From Limnochordia bacterium (GTDB lineage: Bacteria; Bacillota; Limnochordia; Darwinibacteriales; Darwinibacteriaceae), in assembly GCA_050952265.1 (NCBI GenBank), contig JBMNKP010000004.1, positions 101,885 to 165,884 of the forward strand: a DNA stretch of 64,000 nucleotides. Direction: 5' to 3'. The translations under genes and the position numbers were made by a program. Of this stretch, positions 39,525-50,809 are shown one piece after another (position 1 is the stretch's first letter; the number at the start of each line of letters is the position of its first letter). The notes under the pieces were generated by a model that was given only the letters and a program-made list of their open reading frames with translations, was not told the origin of the DNA and ran no database searches.

Positions 39525-42500
39525 TCATGCAAGCTGCTGGGAGAGAAGGGGCATCTGCTCCGGGACTTCTCCCAAGCAGTGGACGGCAAGTTTGTCCGCT
39601 GGCAGGATGCTCTGGGCCTGCTGCACCAAGGCCAGATGATGGGTGAACAAAATAACCTGCGTCCTCTCGGCCAGCTGGGCGAGGACACCTAGCGCTGCCC
39701 CGCTCCGGAAGTCATCGAAGTTGACCAGCAGGTCATCGGCGATGAACGGCAGAGGTTCGCCTTGATCGAGGAAGTTCTCGATCGCAGCCAGACGGAGAGC
39801 TAAATAGAGCTGGTCTTGAGTACCATCGCTCATCCCTTCCACTCCGACCAAGTCTCCTCCCCGCAGGCCCTTGATGACAGGCCTGCCCTGCTGATCATAG
39901 TCCGCCACCAGATCCTGGAAGTGATCGGCGGTGAGCTGAGCAAACAGCCGTCCAGCCCGTTTGAGCACCGGGTCCTGGTACTCTTCCTGATAGCGCTCCA
40001 CCGCCCGCTGAAGGATCAGGCCAGCAGCCCGCAGCTGCAGGTATCTCCCGGCGGCCTTAGCCAAGCTGGCCAGGGTCTCCTGGGCCTTTTCGGCAGCCTG
40101 GGCGGCCTTCGTTTGGCTTCCCTCCACCTTTTCGTCATACTCCTTTTTGATCACTCCGAAGCGCTCGTGGAGGTCGTTCTTCTGCTGGCGCCAGCTCTGG
40201 ATCTCCGCCTCCAGGCGCTCCAACTGGTAGGCGATGGAATCAAGTTCCACCTCCTGCACCTCGGCCGCCAGCTGCGGCAGGGACAGCCCTCCGCCGCTGA
40301 GGAGCAGCTGGTCTTCGAGTTCGCCAAGCCTTTGCTTCAGCTCCCGCTGCCTCTCCTGCCGGTCGAGCAGTGCGGCCAATTCTTCCTGGGTCTGTACCGC
40401 CGCTTCAGCCATCAAATCCTCCAGCCCCGTCTTGGCCCGTTCCAGCTCAAGATCGAGTTCCGCGAGGCGCTGCTTCTCCGCGTCCAGCTGCCTTTCCTTC
40501 TCTCTTCGGGCGGCTTGAGCACTGGTCGCTTCCCGGCTCAACTCGGCGAGAGTCTCCACCAACCTGTCGGCAGTGAAAACCTCGGGATCCAAGCCGATCT
40601 GGCTGGCAGCCTCCGCTGCCTTCCTGCTGAACGCGGCTGTGAAAACTGCCGCCTTCTCCACCCTTCCCTCTGCCTCCCGCAGCCTCTCCACGAGGTCCAG
40701 GAGCTCAGCGGCCGCGGTGAAGAACTGTTCAGCGCCCTGCACTGTAGTTGCGGGCGGAAGGCCGACTGTCTGCAGCAGCCCCTGCCATTCCTGCTGCCAG
40801 GTCTCCCGGGCCGATGAGAGCTCAGCAAGGCGCGCTTTGGCCTTTTCCGCCTCCGCTTCCTGCTCACGCAGGCGTTCGATCAGGAGGCGGTGTTCGCCCC
40901 GGCGCTGCAGTGCTTTCTGGCAGAAAGCCTCTGCTTGTGTCCTCAGTTCGGACAGGCCGCCTCGAGCTGGCTGACCCACATCGTTTAGGGCAGCTTCCAG
41001 CCTCTGGGTGAAGTGCTGAATTCTGCCCTCGAGTCCGGCTGCATCCCGCTCTGCCGCCAAGGCCTGCTGGTACTTTTCTAAGAGCTTCTGGGTTAGCTCA
41101 AGCCACTGCTTCATCTCCTCCGGGCTGCGTGGCTCGATTTTCACCGGCTCCCAAAGCCCTTTCCACTCTTCGTCAAAGGCGCGCTCCCTTTCGGCCAGAC
41201 CCGCCAGTTCTGCCTCTCTTTGGCGCAGATCCTGTTCGACCCCTTCCTTCTGTTCCTTGAGCGCCTGATAACGAGCAGCCCGGTCAGAAGCGGCCAGAAG
41301 TTCGTCTGCGACCCTATCGGCGGCAGCCACGCTCTGTTCATATGCCTCCGCCAGGGACTTGTCCCCGGCAAAAGCCATCCGGGCTTCTTGATCGACAGAT
41401 CCCTGCAGCCAGGCTTTCCGCACCAGCTGCCAGCCGGTATCCCGATGGTCGCGGCTTTTCTGCAGGTCAGCCTGGGTCGGGATGCCGCCTGTCGCGGCCA
41501 GTCTGGACAGTTCTTTGTCCAGGGTGTCCCGCTGTTTCTGCAGCTCCTGCACGGCCCGGCAGAGATCGCGCCTTTCCTGAGCCAGCTCACCAGCGCGAGC
41601 GGCAGAGACGGCAACAGTGGCTGGCAGGGGCAGTCTTGCTGCGGCCAGGTCTTCCATACTGCCGGTCCAGGGGGTAAGTCCCCGCAGGGCCATTTCCAGC
41701 GAAGAACGCAGCGCCTTGGCTTCCTTGAGTTTTTCGTCGCGGGCCTGCTCCAAATCGCCCGCTCTGTTCAGCTCACTTAAGAGGGAATCCAGCATGGTCG
41801 TGTCCGCCAGGGGGCCGAAGTCCTCCAGCGCTCTGCGTGTGGCCTCGAGTTCAGTGCCTGTCTTAAGCTGATCCTGCCCTGCCGCTGCCAAGTCTGTCTC
41901 CAGCGCGCCGAAACGAAGGGCGAGCTCCTTGGCGGACTCAACGAGGTGCACAGGCAGGCGGAAGCGCTCTATGCCCTCCAGATCATAGGCAGATGGATCC
42001 AGTTCCCACAGTTTGTTCAGGGCCTTCTGCCGGCTCGCATCCGCCTGTTCCTGAAGTTTCGGCAGCTCTTCAGCTGCCTGGCGGTACTGCCCCAGTCCCT
42101 GCTGGAGTCCATCAATTGCCGCGGCTTGCGCCAAGACTTCCTGAGGGACGCTCAACTCGGCGAGTTCCTGTTCCAGCCGTTCCTGACGGCTGACCGTGCT
42201 GCGCCTCTCCTCGGCGGCTTGGCGCAGGGCCGTGGAGTACTCAGCAAAGCGCTCACGGCTGTCTGGGGCTAGTGGCGGCAGACTGCCCAATTCCTCCAGT
42301 TCAGCGAGTACGACCTGACGCTGGGCAAAGATGGGCTTGGTGATGGCGATGCGGTTCAGCTTCTGCTGGCAGCTGACCGCTTCTGCAATCTTCCGCTCCA
42401 GCTCTTCCAGCTGCTGTCCCATCTGCTTGTAGGCCTTTTCGAGCTCTTCGAACTTGCCGAAGGTAAGGATCTCGGCATTCAGTTCCTGCTTCAGCGTGTG

Positions 42501-43064
42501 GAAGTCTTTGGTGAGGCTGTTCACCGACTGTTTCGAACCCCGCGGCTTGAACAGGTCACCGGCCTCGCTGTTCAGCTGCTCCAGCCGGCGCCTCAGTGCC
42601 TGAAGGCCGGATGCAGCCGAAAACAGGCTTTCTGCGAGGCTGCCGCCTGCTTCCAGCAGTTCTCTGCCGCCCTTACGGAGACGCATGTGGTCCAGGCCGA
42701 ACATGCTCTCAAACTCGCTGCGTGTCAGCCCGCCGGTGAACCTTGCCAGAACGTCCTCATCCAGCGGTCTGTCGTTGAGGTCAAAGAGGGCTTTTTTCAA
42801 GGCCTTGCGGCGCCTGAAGGCGAGCTGCGTTCCGTCGGACAGGCTCAAGCCGGCCTCAATGCGCAGGCTGTCCGCGCGGTGTATGAAGTCCGCTTTTGAG
42901 TCCCGGGGAATGCCGAACAGCGCGTCGGATACCGCCTGCAGCAGAGTGCTCTTCCCCGCTTCGTTGCGCCCGTAGATGATGTGCAGGCCTTTGTCAGGGG
43001 CGAAGTGGATGGTCTCGTCCGTAAAGAGGCCGAAGGCCGGGAGCCGCAGATAGTCAATCCTCAT
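39525..43064 (-). CDS. yhaN: YhaN-like SMC/SbcC-type AAA ATPase
   Basis: Walker A GRNEAGKST, long coiled coil, signature MSDGTQDQLYLALR and Walker B PFIADDLLVNFDD; ATG 43064. Confidence 0.88.
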   Translation of the reverse strand: MRIDYLRLPAFGLFTDETIHFAPDKGLHIIYGRNEAGKSTLLQAVSDALFGIPRDSKADFIHRADSLRIEAGLSLSDGTQLAFRRRKALKKALFDLNDRPLDEDVLARFTGGLTRSEFESMFGLDHMRLRKGGRELLEAGGSLAESLFSAASGLQALRRRLEQLNSEAGDLFKPRGSKQSVNSLTKDFHTLKQELNAEILTFGKFEELEKAYKQMGQQLEELERKIAEAVSCQQKLNRIAITKPIFAQRQVVLAELEELGSLPPLAPDSRERFAEYSTALRQAAEERRSTVSRQERLEQELAELSVPQEVLAQAAAIDGLQQGLGQYRQAAEELPKLQEQADASRQKALNKLWELDPSAYDLEGIERFRLPVHLVESAKELALRFGALETDLAAAGQDQLKTGTELEATRRALEDFGPLADTTMLDSLLSELNRAGDLEQARDEKLKEAKALRSSLEMALRGLTPWTGSMEDLAAARLPLPATVAVSAARAGELAQERRDLCRAVQELQKQRDTLDKELSRLAATGGIPTQADLQKSRDHRDTGWQLVRKAWLQGSVDQEARMAFAGDKSLAEAYEQSVAAADRVADELLAASDRAARYQALKEQKEGVEQDLRQREAELAGLAERERAFDEEWKGLWEPVKIEPRSPEEMKQWLELTQKLLEKYQQALAAERDAAGLEGRIQHFTQRLEAALNDVGQPARGGLSELRTQAEAFCQKALQRRGEHRLLIERLREQEAEAEKAKARLAELSSARETWQQEWQGLLQTVGLPPATTVQGAEQFFTAAAELLDLVERLREAEGRVEKAAVFTAAFSRKAAEAASQIGLDPEVFTADRLVETLAELSREATSAQAARREKERQLDAEKQRLAELDLELERAKTGLEDLMAEAAVQTQEELAALLDRQERQRELKQRLGELEDQLLLSGGGLSLPQLAAEVQEVELDSIAYQLERLEAEIQSWRQQKNDLHERFGVIKKEYDEKVEGSQTKAAQAAEKAQETLASLAKAAGRYLQLRAAGLILQRAVERYQEEYQDPVLKRAGRLFAQLTADHFQDLVADYDQQGRPVIKGLRGGDLVGVEGMSDGTQDQLYLALRLAAIENFLDQGEPLPFIADDLLVNFDDFRSGAALGVLAQLAERTQVILFTHHLALVQQAQSILPADKLAVHCLGEVPEQMPLLSQQLA

Positions 43065-44319
43065 CTTCCGTTCCCTCCTCGGGGCTGAGCACCAGCTCGG
43101 CCAGGCTTCTGGCTTCGTGGAGCAGGGCCTGGAAGGCTTGGGGATCCTCAAGGTCCAGCTCCGGGTACTCGGCAAACAGCTCGCCGGGGACTTTGGCTTT
43201 CATCTCTTGGAAGCAATCCTGCACTGCGGCGAGAAGCTCAGGGTCTTGATCTAAAGTGCTGAAGAACTGCTGGAGAAAACCGGCGGGCAGAAACTCCTGC
43301 GCCAGCTGCCTCTGGGGGCTGGAGGTGCGCAGCTTGATCTTTTCCACCCAACCTCCATCGCCCAGTTCCTCCTGGACAGCAGCCCTGATCTCAGCCTCGA
43401 GGCGGCCGGGGTTGCGCCGCAGATCTCGGTCGAGGGGCGTCTGGCCAGAGAGCTCAAACCGAAGTCCTAGACAGCGTCCTTGAGCGGCTTCCATCTCCTG
43501 CCGGACGCTGCTGCGCACCAGCTCCAGGAGTCCGTCGAGGTCTGCCGCGGGAGAGCAGTCGATGGGGCAGGAACACCAGCGCAGAACGTCCAGATCCCTG
43601 TGCTCCACCCTTGTCACCCTCCCGTGCTCCAAGGTGACCAGGGTGCAGCCTTTCGGCCCCGTCTCTCGTATATGCCGCCCCTGCAGGACTCCTGGGTAGA
43701 TGATCCAGGGTTCCTGATGTACCACCTCCCGGGCATGGACATGGCCCAGGGCCCAGTAGTCGTAGCCCTTGTTAACAAGCTCTTCGGCCGTGCAGGGTGC
43801 GTAGGGTTCGTGGCCTTCCCTGCCCTCAAGGGCGGTGTGCAGCAGCCCGATGTTGACCATCCCAGGTATGGGAGGGGGAAAGGTCCGGGCGAGGTTATCC
43901 GTTACGGCGCGTTGGGCATATCCCTGCCCGTGCAGGGCCACTCCCAGCTCGTCCAGGATCACGGTCTCAGGTTCAGCGCAGGAGAGCTCCCGCACATGTT
44001 CGGGGAGAGTTAACCGCAGAGCAATCTGGCTGGCCGCATCGTGGTTGCCGCGGATCCAGAAGACCCGGATTCCGGCTTCCCGCAGGCGGTTCATCTGGCG
44101 GCGGAAGTACAGGCCGGTGCTGTAGTCGCGCCAGTCACCATCGTAGAGATCGCCGGCGAGGAGCACGAAGCTGACCTGTTCATCGAGGGCCAGTTCGACC
44201 AGCCTTTCCAGGGCGTCGCGGGTTGCACTCCGTGCCAGGCTGGGAACTCCCTCATAGCGCTCCAGCCCCCGGAGGGGGCTGTCCAGGTGGATATCCGCGG
44301 CGTGGATGAACTTCACCAT
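43054..44319 (-). CDS. yhaO: YhaO-like SbcD/Mre11 metallophosphoesterase nuclease
   Basis: [24 protein letters not shown] and YWALGHVH. Confidence 0.9.
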   Translation of the reverse strand: MVKFIHAADIHLDSPLRGLERYEGVPSLARSATRDALERLVELALDEQVSFVLLAGDLYDGDWRDYSTGLYFRRQMNRLREAGIRVFWIRGNHDAASQIALRLTLPEHVRELSCAEPETVILDELGVALHGQGYAQRAVTDNLARTFPPPIPGMVNIGLLHTALEGREGHEPYAPCTAEELVNKGYDYWALGHVHAREVVHQEPWIIYPGVLQGRHIRETGPKGCTLVTLEHGRVTRVEHRDLDVLRWCSCPIDCSPAADLDGLLELVRSSVRQEMEAAQGRCLGLRFELSGQTPLDRDLRRNPGRLEAEIRAAVQEELGDGGWVEKIKLRTSSPQRQLAQEFLPAGFLQQFFSTLDQDPELLAAVQDCFQEMKAKVPGELFAEYPELDLEDPQAFQALLHEARSLAELVLSPEEGTEDED

Positions 44320-46760
44320 GAACGCTCACTTCCCAGAACCACTTCGACCTCATGCTCGCCGCCACCGCAGAGGGGCAGCAGGTTACCCTGGATTTCCTGG
44401 CCGTCAACCGTGATCCGGGATACTCCCCCGCTCACATGCTGGGGATTGCGGATTTTGATGTTGTACACTGTGCCCCTGAACTCGCGCCGCACCTCGTAGC
44501 CATCCCACTCTGGGGGGATGCAGGGATCGATGCGCAGGCCGTCATAGTCAGGTTTGATGCCCAAAATGGCCTGGGAGATGGCCGCGTAGTTCCAGGCCGC
44601 CGTTCCGGTGAGCCAGGAGTTTTTCGCCTGGCCGAAGTTGACCGCATCGCGGCCGGCGATCATCTGGGCGTAGACATAGGGTTCAAGGCGGTGCAGGTCG
44701 GAAATGCTTTCACGGTAAGCCGGGCAGATCTTTTTGTAGAGCTGGAAAGCGCGCCCGCCCCGGCCGAGCACTGTCTCGGCGATCATCACCCAGGGATTGT
44801 TGTGGCAGAAGATGCCCGCGTTTTCCTTGTACCCGGGAGGATAGGAAGATATCTCCCCCAAGTACAGATAGTACCTGGAGTAAGCCGGGGTCTGGAGGAT
44901 GATCCCGTGTTCTGTCTCAAGGAGCCTGGCCACCGAATCCAGCGCCTGCTGGGCCCGTCCGTCTTCGAGACCGATCCCAGCCATCACGCAGAAACCCTGA
45001 GGTTCGATGAAGATCTGGCCTTCCGCGCAGGTACGGCTGCCCACCTTCTCACCAGAGGCATCGTAAGCCCTGAGGAACCACTCCCCATCCCAGCCATGCT
45101 CCAAAACAGCGCGCACCATCTCGTCCCGGTGCTCCTCGGCCGCCTCCGCTTCCTCCTCCAAACCCCGGCGGCGGCAGAGTTCGATGAAGTCGGGCGCAGC
45201 ATAGACAAACAGCCCCGCGATAAACACCGACTCGGCCACCGGCCCTTCAGACGGCCCGGTGGTCTGGAAGGATTCACCCGGTTCTTCCGAAAAGCAGTTC
45301 AGGTTCAAACAGTCGTTCCAGTCAGCGCGGCCGATCAAGGGCAGGCCGTGGGGTCCTCGGTTGTTCACCACATGGTAGAAGGAACGCTTGAGATGCTCAA
45401 AGAGACTGGCAGTGTTCTGGGGATCACTGTCAAAGGGCACCTCTTCATCGAGGATGGAGAAATCGCCTGTTTCTTTGATGTACGCCGCAGTGCCCACAAT
45501 CAGCCAGAGGGGATCATCATTGAAACCGGAACCGATGGCGTTGTTCCCCCGCTTGGTCAGGGGCTGGTACTGATGGTAGGCGCTGCCATCGGGGAACTGG
45601 GTGGACGCGAGGTCCAGGATCCTCTGCCTCGCCCGCTCGGGAACCTGGTGCACGAAGCCTAAGAGGTCCTGGTTCGAGTCGCGGAAGCCGATGCCCCGCC
45701 CGATACCCGATTCGAAATAAGAGGCGCTGCGGGAGAGGTTGAAGGTGACCATGCACTGATAGGGGTTCCAGATGTTGACCATGCGGTCCAGCTTCTCTTC
45801 GCCGCTCTTTACCTGGTATTTTCCGAGAAGAGAATCCCAGTAGCCCTGGAGTTCAGCCAAGGCCTGCCCAACCTGGGCCGGGGAGGTGAAGCGCGCTATC
45901 ATCTCGTGCGCCTTTTGCTTGTTGATCACGCCCGGCGCGGCCCATTTTTCTTCTTTTGGGTTTTCCACATAGCCGAGGATGAAGATGTACGTCTTAGTTT
46001 CCCCCGGAGCGAGCTCCAGTTGGAGATGGTGGGAAGCGATGGGGGACCAGCCGCTGGCTAGAGAATTGCACGAGCGGCCTGCCAGCACTACTTGAGGTTC
46101 GTGCAGCCCGTTGTACAGGCCAAGGAAGCTCTCCCGATCGGTGTCAAATCCCGTCAAAGGTGCATTCACGGAGAAGAAGGCGTAGTGGTTGCGCCGCTCC
46201 CGGTATTCGGTCTTGTGGTAGATCACCGAGCCCTCAACTTCCACTTCCCCTGTGCTCAGGTTGCGCTGGAAGTTGGTCTGATCGTCCTGGGCATCCCAGA
46301 GGCAGAATTCCAGGAAGGAAAAAAGAGATAGCGATTTCGCTTTTCCACTCTCGTTGGTCAGGGTGAGCTGCATCACCTCGCCCTGGAAATCCAGGGGTAC
46401 AAAAAACAGCTGCTCCACCCTCACTCCGCCCCTGGCTCCGGTGATCTTGGTGCAGCCCAAACCGTGGCGGCACTGGTAGAAGGACAGCTCTTTTTTCATG
46501 GGCCGATAGCTCGGTGACCAAACATCGGCTCCATCCTTTATATAAAAGCAGCGCCCTCCCTCATCGAGAGGTATGTTGTTGTAACGGTAGCGGGTGAGGC
46601 GCCTCAGCCTGGCATCACGGTAGAAGGAATAACCGCCTGCGGTGTGGGATATAAGGCTGAAGAAGTCCTGGCAGCCCAGGTAGTTGATCCACGGGTAGGG
46701 AGTGTGCGGCGTCGTGATCACATACTCCCGGTTTTGATCATCAAAAAAGCCGTACTGCAT
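44313..46760 (-). CDS. cbpA: Cellobiose phosphorylase (GH94)
   Basis: [65 protein letters not shown] and [10 protein letters not shown]. Confidence 0.92.
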   Translation of the reverse strand: MQYGFFDDQNREYVITTPHTPYPWINYLGCQDFFSLISHTAGGYSFYRDARLRRLTRYRYNNIPLDEGGRCFYIKDGADVWSPSYRPMKKELSFYQCRHGLGCTKITGARGGVRVEQLFFVPLDFQGEVMQLTLTNESGKAKSLSLFSFLEFCLWDAQDDQTNFQRNLSTGEVEVEGSVIYHKTEYRERRNHYAFFSVNAPLTGFDTDRESFLGLYNGLHEPQVVLAGRSCNSLASGWSPIASHHLQLELAPGETKTYIFILGYVENPKEEKWAAPGVINKQKAHEMIARFTSPAQVGQALAELQGYWDSLLGKYQVKSGEEKLDRMVNIWNPYQCMVTFNLSRSASYFESGIGRGIGFRDSNQDLLGFVHQVPERARQRILDLASTQFPDGSAYHQYQPLTKRGNNAIGSGFNDDPLWLIVGTAAYIKETGDFSILDEEVPFDSDPQNTASLFEHLKRSFYHVVNNRGPHGLPLIGRADWNDCLNLNCFSEEPGESFQTTGPSEGPVAESVFIAGLFVYAAPDFIELCRRRGLEEEAEAAEEHRDEMVRAVLEHGWDGEWFLRAYDASGEKVGSRTCAEGQIFIEPQGFCVMAGIGLEDGRAQQALDSVARLLETEHGIILQTPAYSRYYLYLGEISSYPPGYKENAGIFCHNNPWVMIAETVLGRGGRAFQLYKKICPAYRESISDLHRLEPYVYAQMIAGRDAVNFGQAKNSWLTGTAAWNYAAISQAILGIKPDYDGLRIDPCIPPEWDGYEVRREFRGTVYNIKIRNPQHVSGGVSRITVDGQEIQGNLLPLCGGGEHEVEVVLGSERSW

Positions 46761-46884
46761 GGCCATCCCCCTCTATGGCGTTTGCTAGCTAATTCTCCAA
46801 TCGAACCCCGTCTTCCTCTATGGCCAGAAAGCCGCGGTCGCTTGGAGTTTGCAATGCCGTAAACAGTCCCTAAAGACTTCGCGC

Positions 46885-46913
46885 TTTACAGGGATCCTGG
46901 CATGTGGTATTTT
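46885..46913 (+). promoter_or_regulatory. Sigma-A promoter upstream of the riboswitch
   Basis: TTTACA-N17-TATTTT with an extended TG. Confidence 0.5.
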
Positions 46914-46929
46914 AGTGTTGTGAAACATA

Positions 46930-46998
46930 ACTCATATAAGCCTGCAAATTTGGTGCAGGAGTCTCTACGTGGCAACCTATATTGCCTACGCTATGAGT
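46930..46998 (+). ncRNA. Purine (guanine-sensing) riboswitch aptamer
   Basis: P1 ACTCATA/TATGAGT; P2 CCTGCA-AATTTGG-TGCAGG; J2/3 AGTCTCTAC; P3 with a CC-starting loop; C at the discriminator position; upstream of a purine permease. Confidence 0.88.
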
Positions 46999-47160
46999 GA
47001 CTTATAAGCGCTTGATCAATGAGGGCTTCAGTGAAGCCGCTCATGACGTTTCCTTGCAGCTTGTCGATCACTCGATGAGTTTTTTTGTTTTTCCGGGCCC
47101 ATGGGGGAAAACTAACCCTCTGGAGATAAACCAAATTAGAGGCGGAGGAATGAGAAGCCA

Positions 47161-48522
47161 ATGGAGAGTTTCTTCAAGCTGAAGGAGAACGGCACTAATG
47201 TACGCACTGAAGTCCTGGCTGGATTGACCACGTTTTTTGCCATGGCGTACATCATCATGGTCAACCCCGACATCCTGTCGATGACGGGTATGCCCTGGGG
47301 AGCTGTCTTTCTAGCCACCATCGCTGCCTCGATCATCGGCACGCTGGTCATGGGATTGTTCGCCAATGTGCCCTATGCGCAGGCACCCGGTATGGGCCTC
47401 AATGCCTTTTTCACCTTCACGGTTGTGTTCAGTCTCGGCTTTACCTGGCAGGAAGCACTGGCCATGGTGTTTGTCTGCGGCCTGATCAACATCCTGATCA
47501 CGGTAACAAATGTCCGTAAACTGATCATCAAGTGCATCCCTGAGAGCCTGCAGAACGCCATCGGCGGCGGCATCGGCATCTTCATCGCCTACATCGGCAT
47601 CAAAAACGCCGGGCTGCTCAGTTTTGCAGCCGGCGTGCCGGAGCTGGTACCGTTTAACGATCCGGCTGTGCTGCTCACCCTCTTCGGCCTGGCCATCACC
47701 GTCATCATGCTGGTTCTGAATGTAAGGGGAGCCATCCTGATCGGTATCGTTATAACCACCCTTGTTGGTATTCCCTTTAACGTTACCGAGCTGGGAAGCA
47801 CCATCAGCCTGGGGCAGGCCTTTTCCGAGCTGCGCACCACCTTCTTTGCGGCCTTTGGGAATCCTGGACTGATTTCACTGTTCAGCGATGCGAGCAAGCT
47901 GCCCATGGTGCTCATGACCATCTTTGCCTTCAGCCTTACTGACACATTCGACACCATCGGGACGTTCATCGGTACTGGACGCCGGGCAGGCATCTTTTCT
48001 GCCGAGGATATGAAAGCGCTGGAGACCAGTTCTGGCTTCAAGTCCAAGATGGACAGAGCCCTCTTCGCAGACGCCACGGCGACTTCCATCGGTGCTATCT
48101 TCGGCACTTCCAACACGACGACCTACGTGGAGAGCGCTGCGGGTATCGGCGTTGGCGGAAGAACCGGTTTGACCAGTGTGGTCGTGGCCGTCCTCTTCGC
48201 CCTGAGCACCTTCTTCGTCCCGGCGATCAGCGCCATTCCTTCGGCCGCTACCTCCCCGGCCCTGATCATCGTGGGTATCATGATGCTGGCTTCCTTCAAG
48301 GAAGTAAACTGGTCCGATTTTGTCGAAGCCGTGCCTGCCTTCTTCGCCGGCATCTTCATGGCCCTGTGCTACAGCATCTCCTACGGGATCGCCGCTGGTT
48401 TCATCTTCTACACCCTTGTGAAGATCGCAAAAGGCCAGACCAAGGAAATCCATCCGATTCTGGCCATATCGACGATTCTCTTCATCATCAACTTCATCGT
48501 CCTGGCTGTGCTCCAAGGCTAG
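47161..48522 (+). CDS. NCS2/AzgA-family guanine-hypoxanthine permease (PbuG/PbuO-like)
   Basis: FFKLKENGT.VRTE.LAG.TTF, APGMGLNAFF, FDTIGT and YVES.AGI..GGRTGL. Confidence 0.93.
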   Translation: MESFFKLKENGTNVRTEVLAGLTTFFAMAYIIMVNPDILSMTGMPWGAVFLATIAASIIGTLVMGLFANVPYAQAPGMGLNAFFTFTVVFSLGFTWQEALAMVFVCGLINILITVTNVRKLIIKCIPESLQNAIGGGIGIFIAYIGIKNAGLLSFAAGVPELVPFNDPAVLLTLFGLAITVIMLVLNVRGAILIGIVITTLVGIPFNVTELGSTISLGQAFSELRTTFFAAFGNPGLISLFSDASKLPMVLMTIFAFSLTDTFDTIGTFIGTGRRAGIFSAEDMKALETSSGFKSKMDRALFADATATSIGAIFGTSNTTTYVESAAGIGVGGRTGLTSVVVAVLFALSTFFVPAISAIPSAATSPALIIVGIMMLASFKEVNWSDFVEAVPAFFAGIFMALCYSISYGIAAGFIFYTLVKIAKGQTKEIHPILAISTILFIINFIVLAVLQG

Positions 48523-48552
48523 TTAAGTCTTCAGACAGCCCCTTGCATCAAG

Positions 48553-48584
48553 AGACCACCGTCAGTTCTGGCGGTGGTCTTTTC
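48553..48584. terminator. Terminator between convergent genes
   Basis: agaccaccgtcag-tt-ctggcggtggtct followed by tttc. Confidence 0.75.
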
Positions 48585-50809
48585 TACGAGGCCAGTTGGG
48601 CCAAGGCATCTTCTTCTACCATCGGCCTGCTGTGGTAATACCCCTGCATGATATCGCAGTCGCTCTCCGCTAGGTAGCGCAGCTGCCGTTCGTGTTCCAC
48701 TCCCTCCGCTACCACCTCAAGCCCCATCTTGTGGCACATGGAGATCAGGTCTTTGATGAACAAGCGGTTTCGGTCCTTTTCCATGATGTTATCGATAAAC
48801 CGCTTGTCGATTTTGATGCAGTCGATAGGCAGCTCCTCAAGGCGGGAGAGCGCCGAGTAGCCGGTGCCAAAGTCATCGAGGGCAATGCTCACGCCCAAGG
48901 CACGCAGCGGCTGGAGTCTGGCATCCGCACCCGCGAAGTCCTCGATGATCACCGATTCGGTGATCTCAAGCTGGATCTGCTCCGGTGCTGTGCCGGTTTC
49001 TGCCAGGATCTCCGCCACCCGCTTTGGGAAGTCCTCCTGGACAAGCTGGAGCACGGAGATGTTCACCGCCACATGCTGGTCGCTGTGGCCATTTTGTTTG
49101 AGCCGCTGGATGAACCTGCAGGCCCGCTCTAAGACGAAGTAACCGAGGGGGGTGATCAGTCCCTGACGTTCAGCTATGGCGATGAACTCCACAGGCGAAA
49201 CCAATCCCAGTGAAGGCGAGTTCATGCGGGCTAAGGCCTCAAAACCGACAACCTTCCCGGTGGCTATCTCAACCTTTGGCTGGTAATGCAGGTAGACAGT
49301 GCCCAAATCGGGATTGCCCACAAAGCGGCGCAGTTCCTGGGCGATGATCTCCTCACGCCGAAGTTTGGCTGCCATCTCCACGTCGAAGAAAGCGTAACTG
49401 GGACCGGTTTTGCGGTTCTCCAGGTGCTGGACTGCCACGGCCGCCTGGGTGATCACCTCTGCAGGATCGCCGTGGACGCTCGCGAGTTCCACAATCCCTG
49501 TACCCACTTCTAGGTGGTGACCGATGGGTTCGAGACCCTCCTCTGCCTGCCCCCGGATCTTCTCAGCCAGCTCGACAAGTTCGTCTCTGCTCTGGTAACC
49601 CTGCACTAGAAAGACGAAACGATTGCCGGAGAAGCGGAACAACCGTCTTCCATTCTCAGCCAGAGCAGCGAGCTTCTCACCCACTTGATGCATGAGGCGA
49701 TCGCCGGCGTCAAACCCGTAGATCGAGTTGATGTCGTTTAGGTTCCGGAAGTGCACGAGCAGGACTGCGCTGCCCGAACGGTCTTTCCGCTCCACTAGAT
49801 CAGCCAGGACCTCTTCCAGCAAAACCTTGTTGGGCAGGCCGGTTAAGGTATCGTGGTAGGCTAAGGTGACGAGTTCCTGGTTATGCCTGAGGTTTGAGTA
49901 CATGACATAGACCAGGATCAAGCACACGAAGCTGGTTACGCCAAAGACGAGTAGGGTGGTAGTGCGCAGGGCAGCCAATGTGGAACTCGCTGACTTCCCC
50001 ACCACTAGGACGCCCACCAGTTCACCGTCAAGGTGAACCGGAACGAAGATATCGTACATCTCGTCACCATTAGTCTGACGGACCATGGAGTAGACCTCGC
50101 CAGACAAAACGGTCTCTCGCATCGCAGGATCATCGACGAGCAGACCAACATGATCGTGCGCGCTCGCGATGACCGTGAAGTCCGGACCCACAAAGCAGGC
50201 ATGGTCCACCAGCTGAAAACCGGCGATCTCACCGAGTGCCTTCTCCAGTTCAAACGCGGACAGGAAACTGCGGACCGAATCAGCACTGATGCCGAGCTGC
50301 ACGAAGCGCCCATCGTCCAGGCGCACATAGGCGTATTTGAAGTAGCGGTCAGACTCGCTGTCCTTCCGGATGTCTTCAACCAGGGACTCAGCGCCGCTGA
50401 TCATGAAATCGTACACGGGGTGCCCGGGCAGCGCCTCCCAGCCCAGGTACTCAGGGCGGGTGGAGACCTCGATGATCCCTTCGGGATTGTAGATGTAAAT
50501 CTCGTCCACGGACATGGACTCGGCAAGAGCCTGCAGGGCTTCGTCGGTCATCTCGTTGGAAAACAAAGCAGCGGTGCTGGTAGCAGCCAGGAGCCTGGCC
50601 TCCAAAAGGTTGTTGATCGCGCGGTAAGCTTCCCTGCTCTTCATGAGACTATGCGAGAAAACGCTGGCATAGCTGCGGCTTTCTTCCTCCAGTCTCCGAA
50701 GCAGCAAGGTGCGTATGTAGCCGACCAGAAAGTAGTTTAGGGCAGAAAAGACGAGGGCTATGAGAACGAGGGCTATGACGTACGGTTTGGTCTTGATGGT
50801 CCGCTTCAT
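48584..50809 (-). CDS. Membrane sensor + degenerate GGDEF + EAL phosphodiesterase
   Basis: Two TM segments; YHDTLTGLPN; GGDEF replaced by SGNRF; intact EAL/EITE/DDFGTGYS/KID/EGVE/QGY; ATG 50809. Confidence 0.88.
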   Translation of the reverse strand: MKRTIKTKPYVIALVLIALVFSALNYFLVGYIRTLLLRRLEEESRSYASVFSHSLMKSREAYRAINNLLEARLLAATSTAALFSNEMTDEALQALAESMSVDEIYIYNPEGIIEVSTRPEYLGWEALPGHPVYDFMISGAESLVEDIRKDSESDRYFKYAYVRLDDGRFVQLGISADSVRSFLSAFELEKALGEIAGFQLVDHACFVGPDFTVIASAHDHVGLLVDDPAMRETVLSGEVYSMVRQTNGDEMYDIFVPVHLDGELVGVLVVGKSASSTLAALRTTTLLVFGVTSFVCLILVYVMYSNLRHNQELVTLAYHDTLTGLPNKVLLEEVLADLVERKDRSGSAVLLVHFRNLNDINSIYGFDAGDRLMHQVGEKLAALAENGRRLFRFSGNRFVFLVQGYQSRDELVELAEKIRGQAEEGLEPIGHHLEVGTGIVELASVHGDPAEVITQAAVAVQHLENRKTGPSYAFFDVEMAAKLRREEIIAQELRRFVGNPDLGTVYLHYQPKVEIATGKVVGFEALARMNSPSLGLVSPVEFIAIAERQGLITPLGYFVLERACRFIQRLKQNGHSDQHVAVNISVLQLVQEDFPKRVAEILAETGTAPEQIQLEITESVIIEDFAGADARLQPLRALGVSIALDDFGTGYSALSRLEELPIDCIKIDKRFIDNIMEKDRNRLFIKDLISMCHKMGLEVVAEGVEHERQLRYLAESDCDIMQGYYHSRPMVEEDALAQLAS

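Noticed and set aside
44352-45662. 436-aa plus-strand ORF
   Set aside because: Antisense to cellobiose phosphorylase; no independent evidence.
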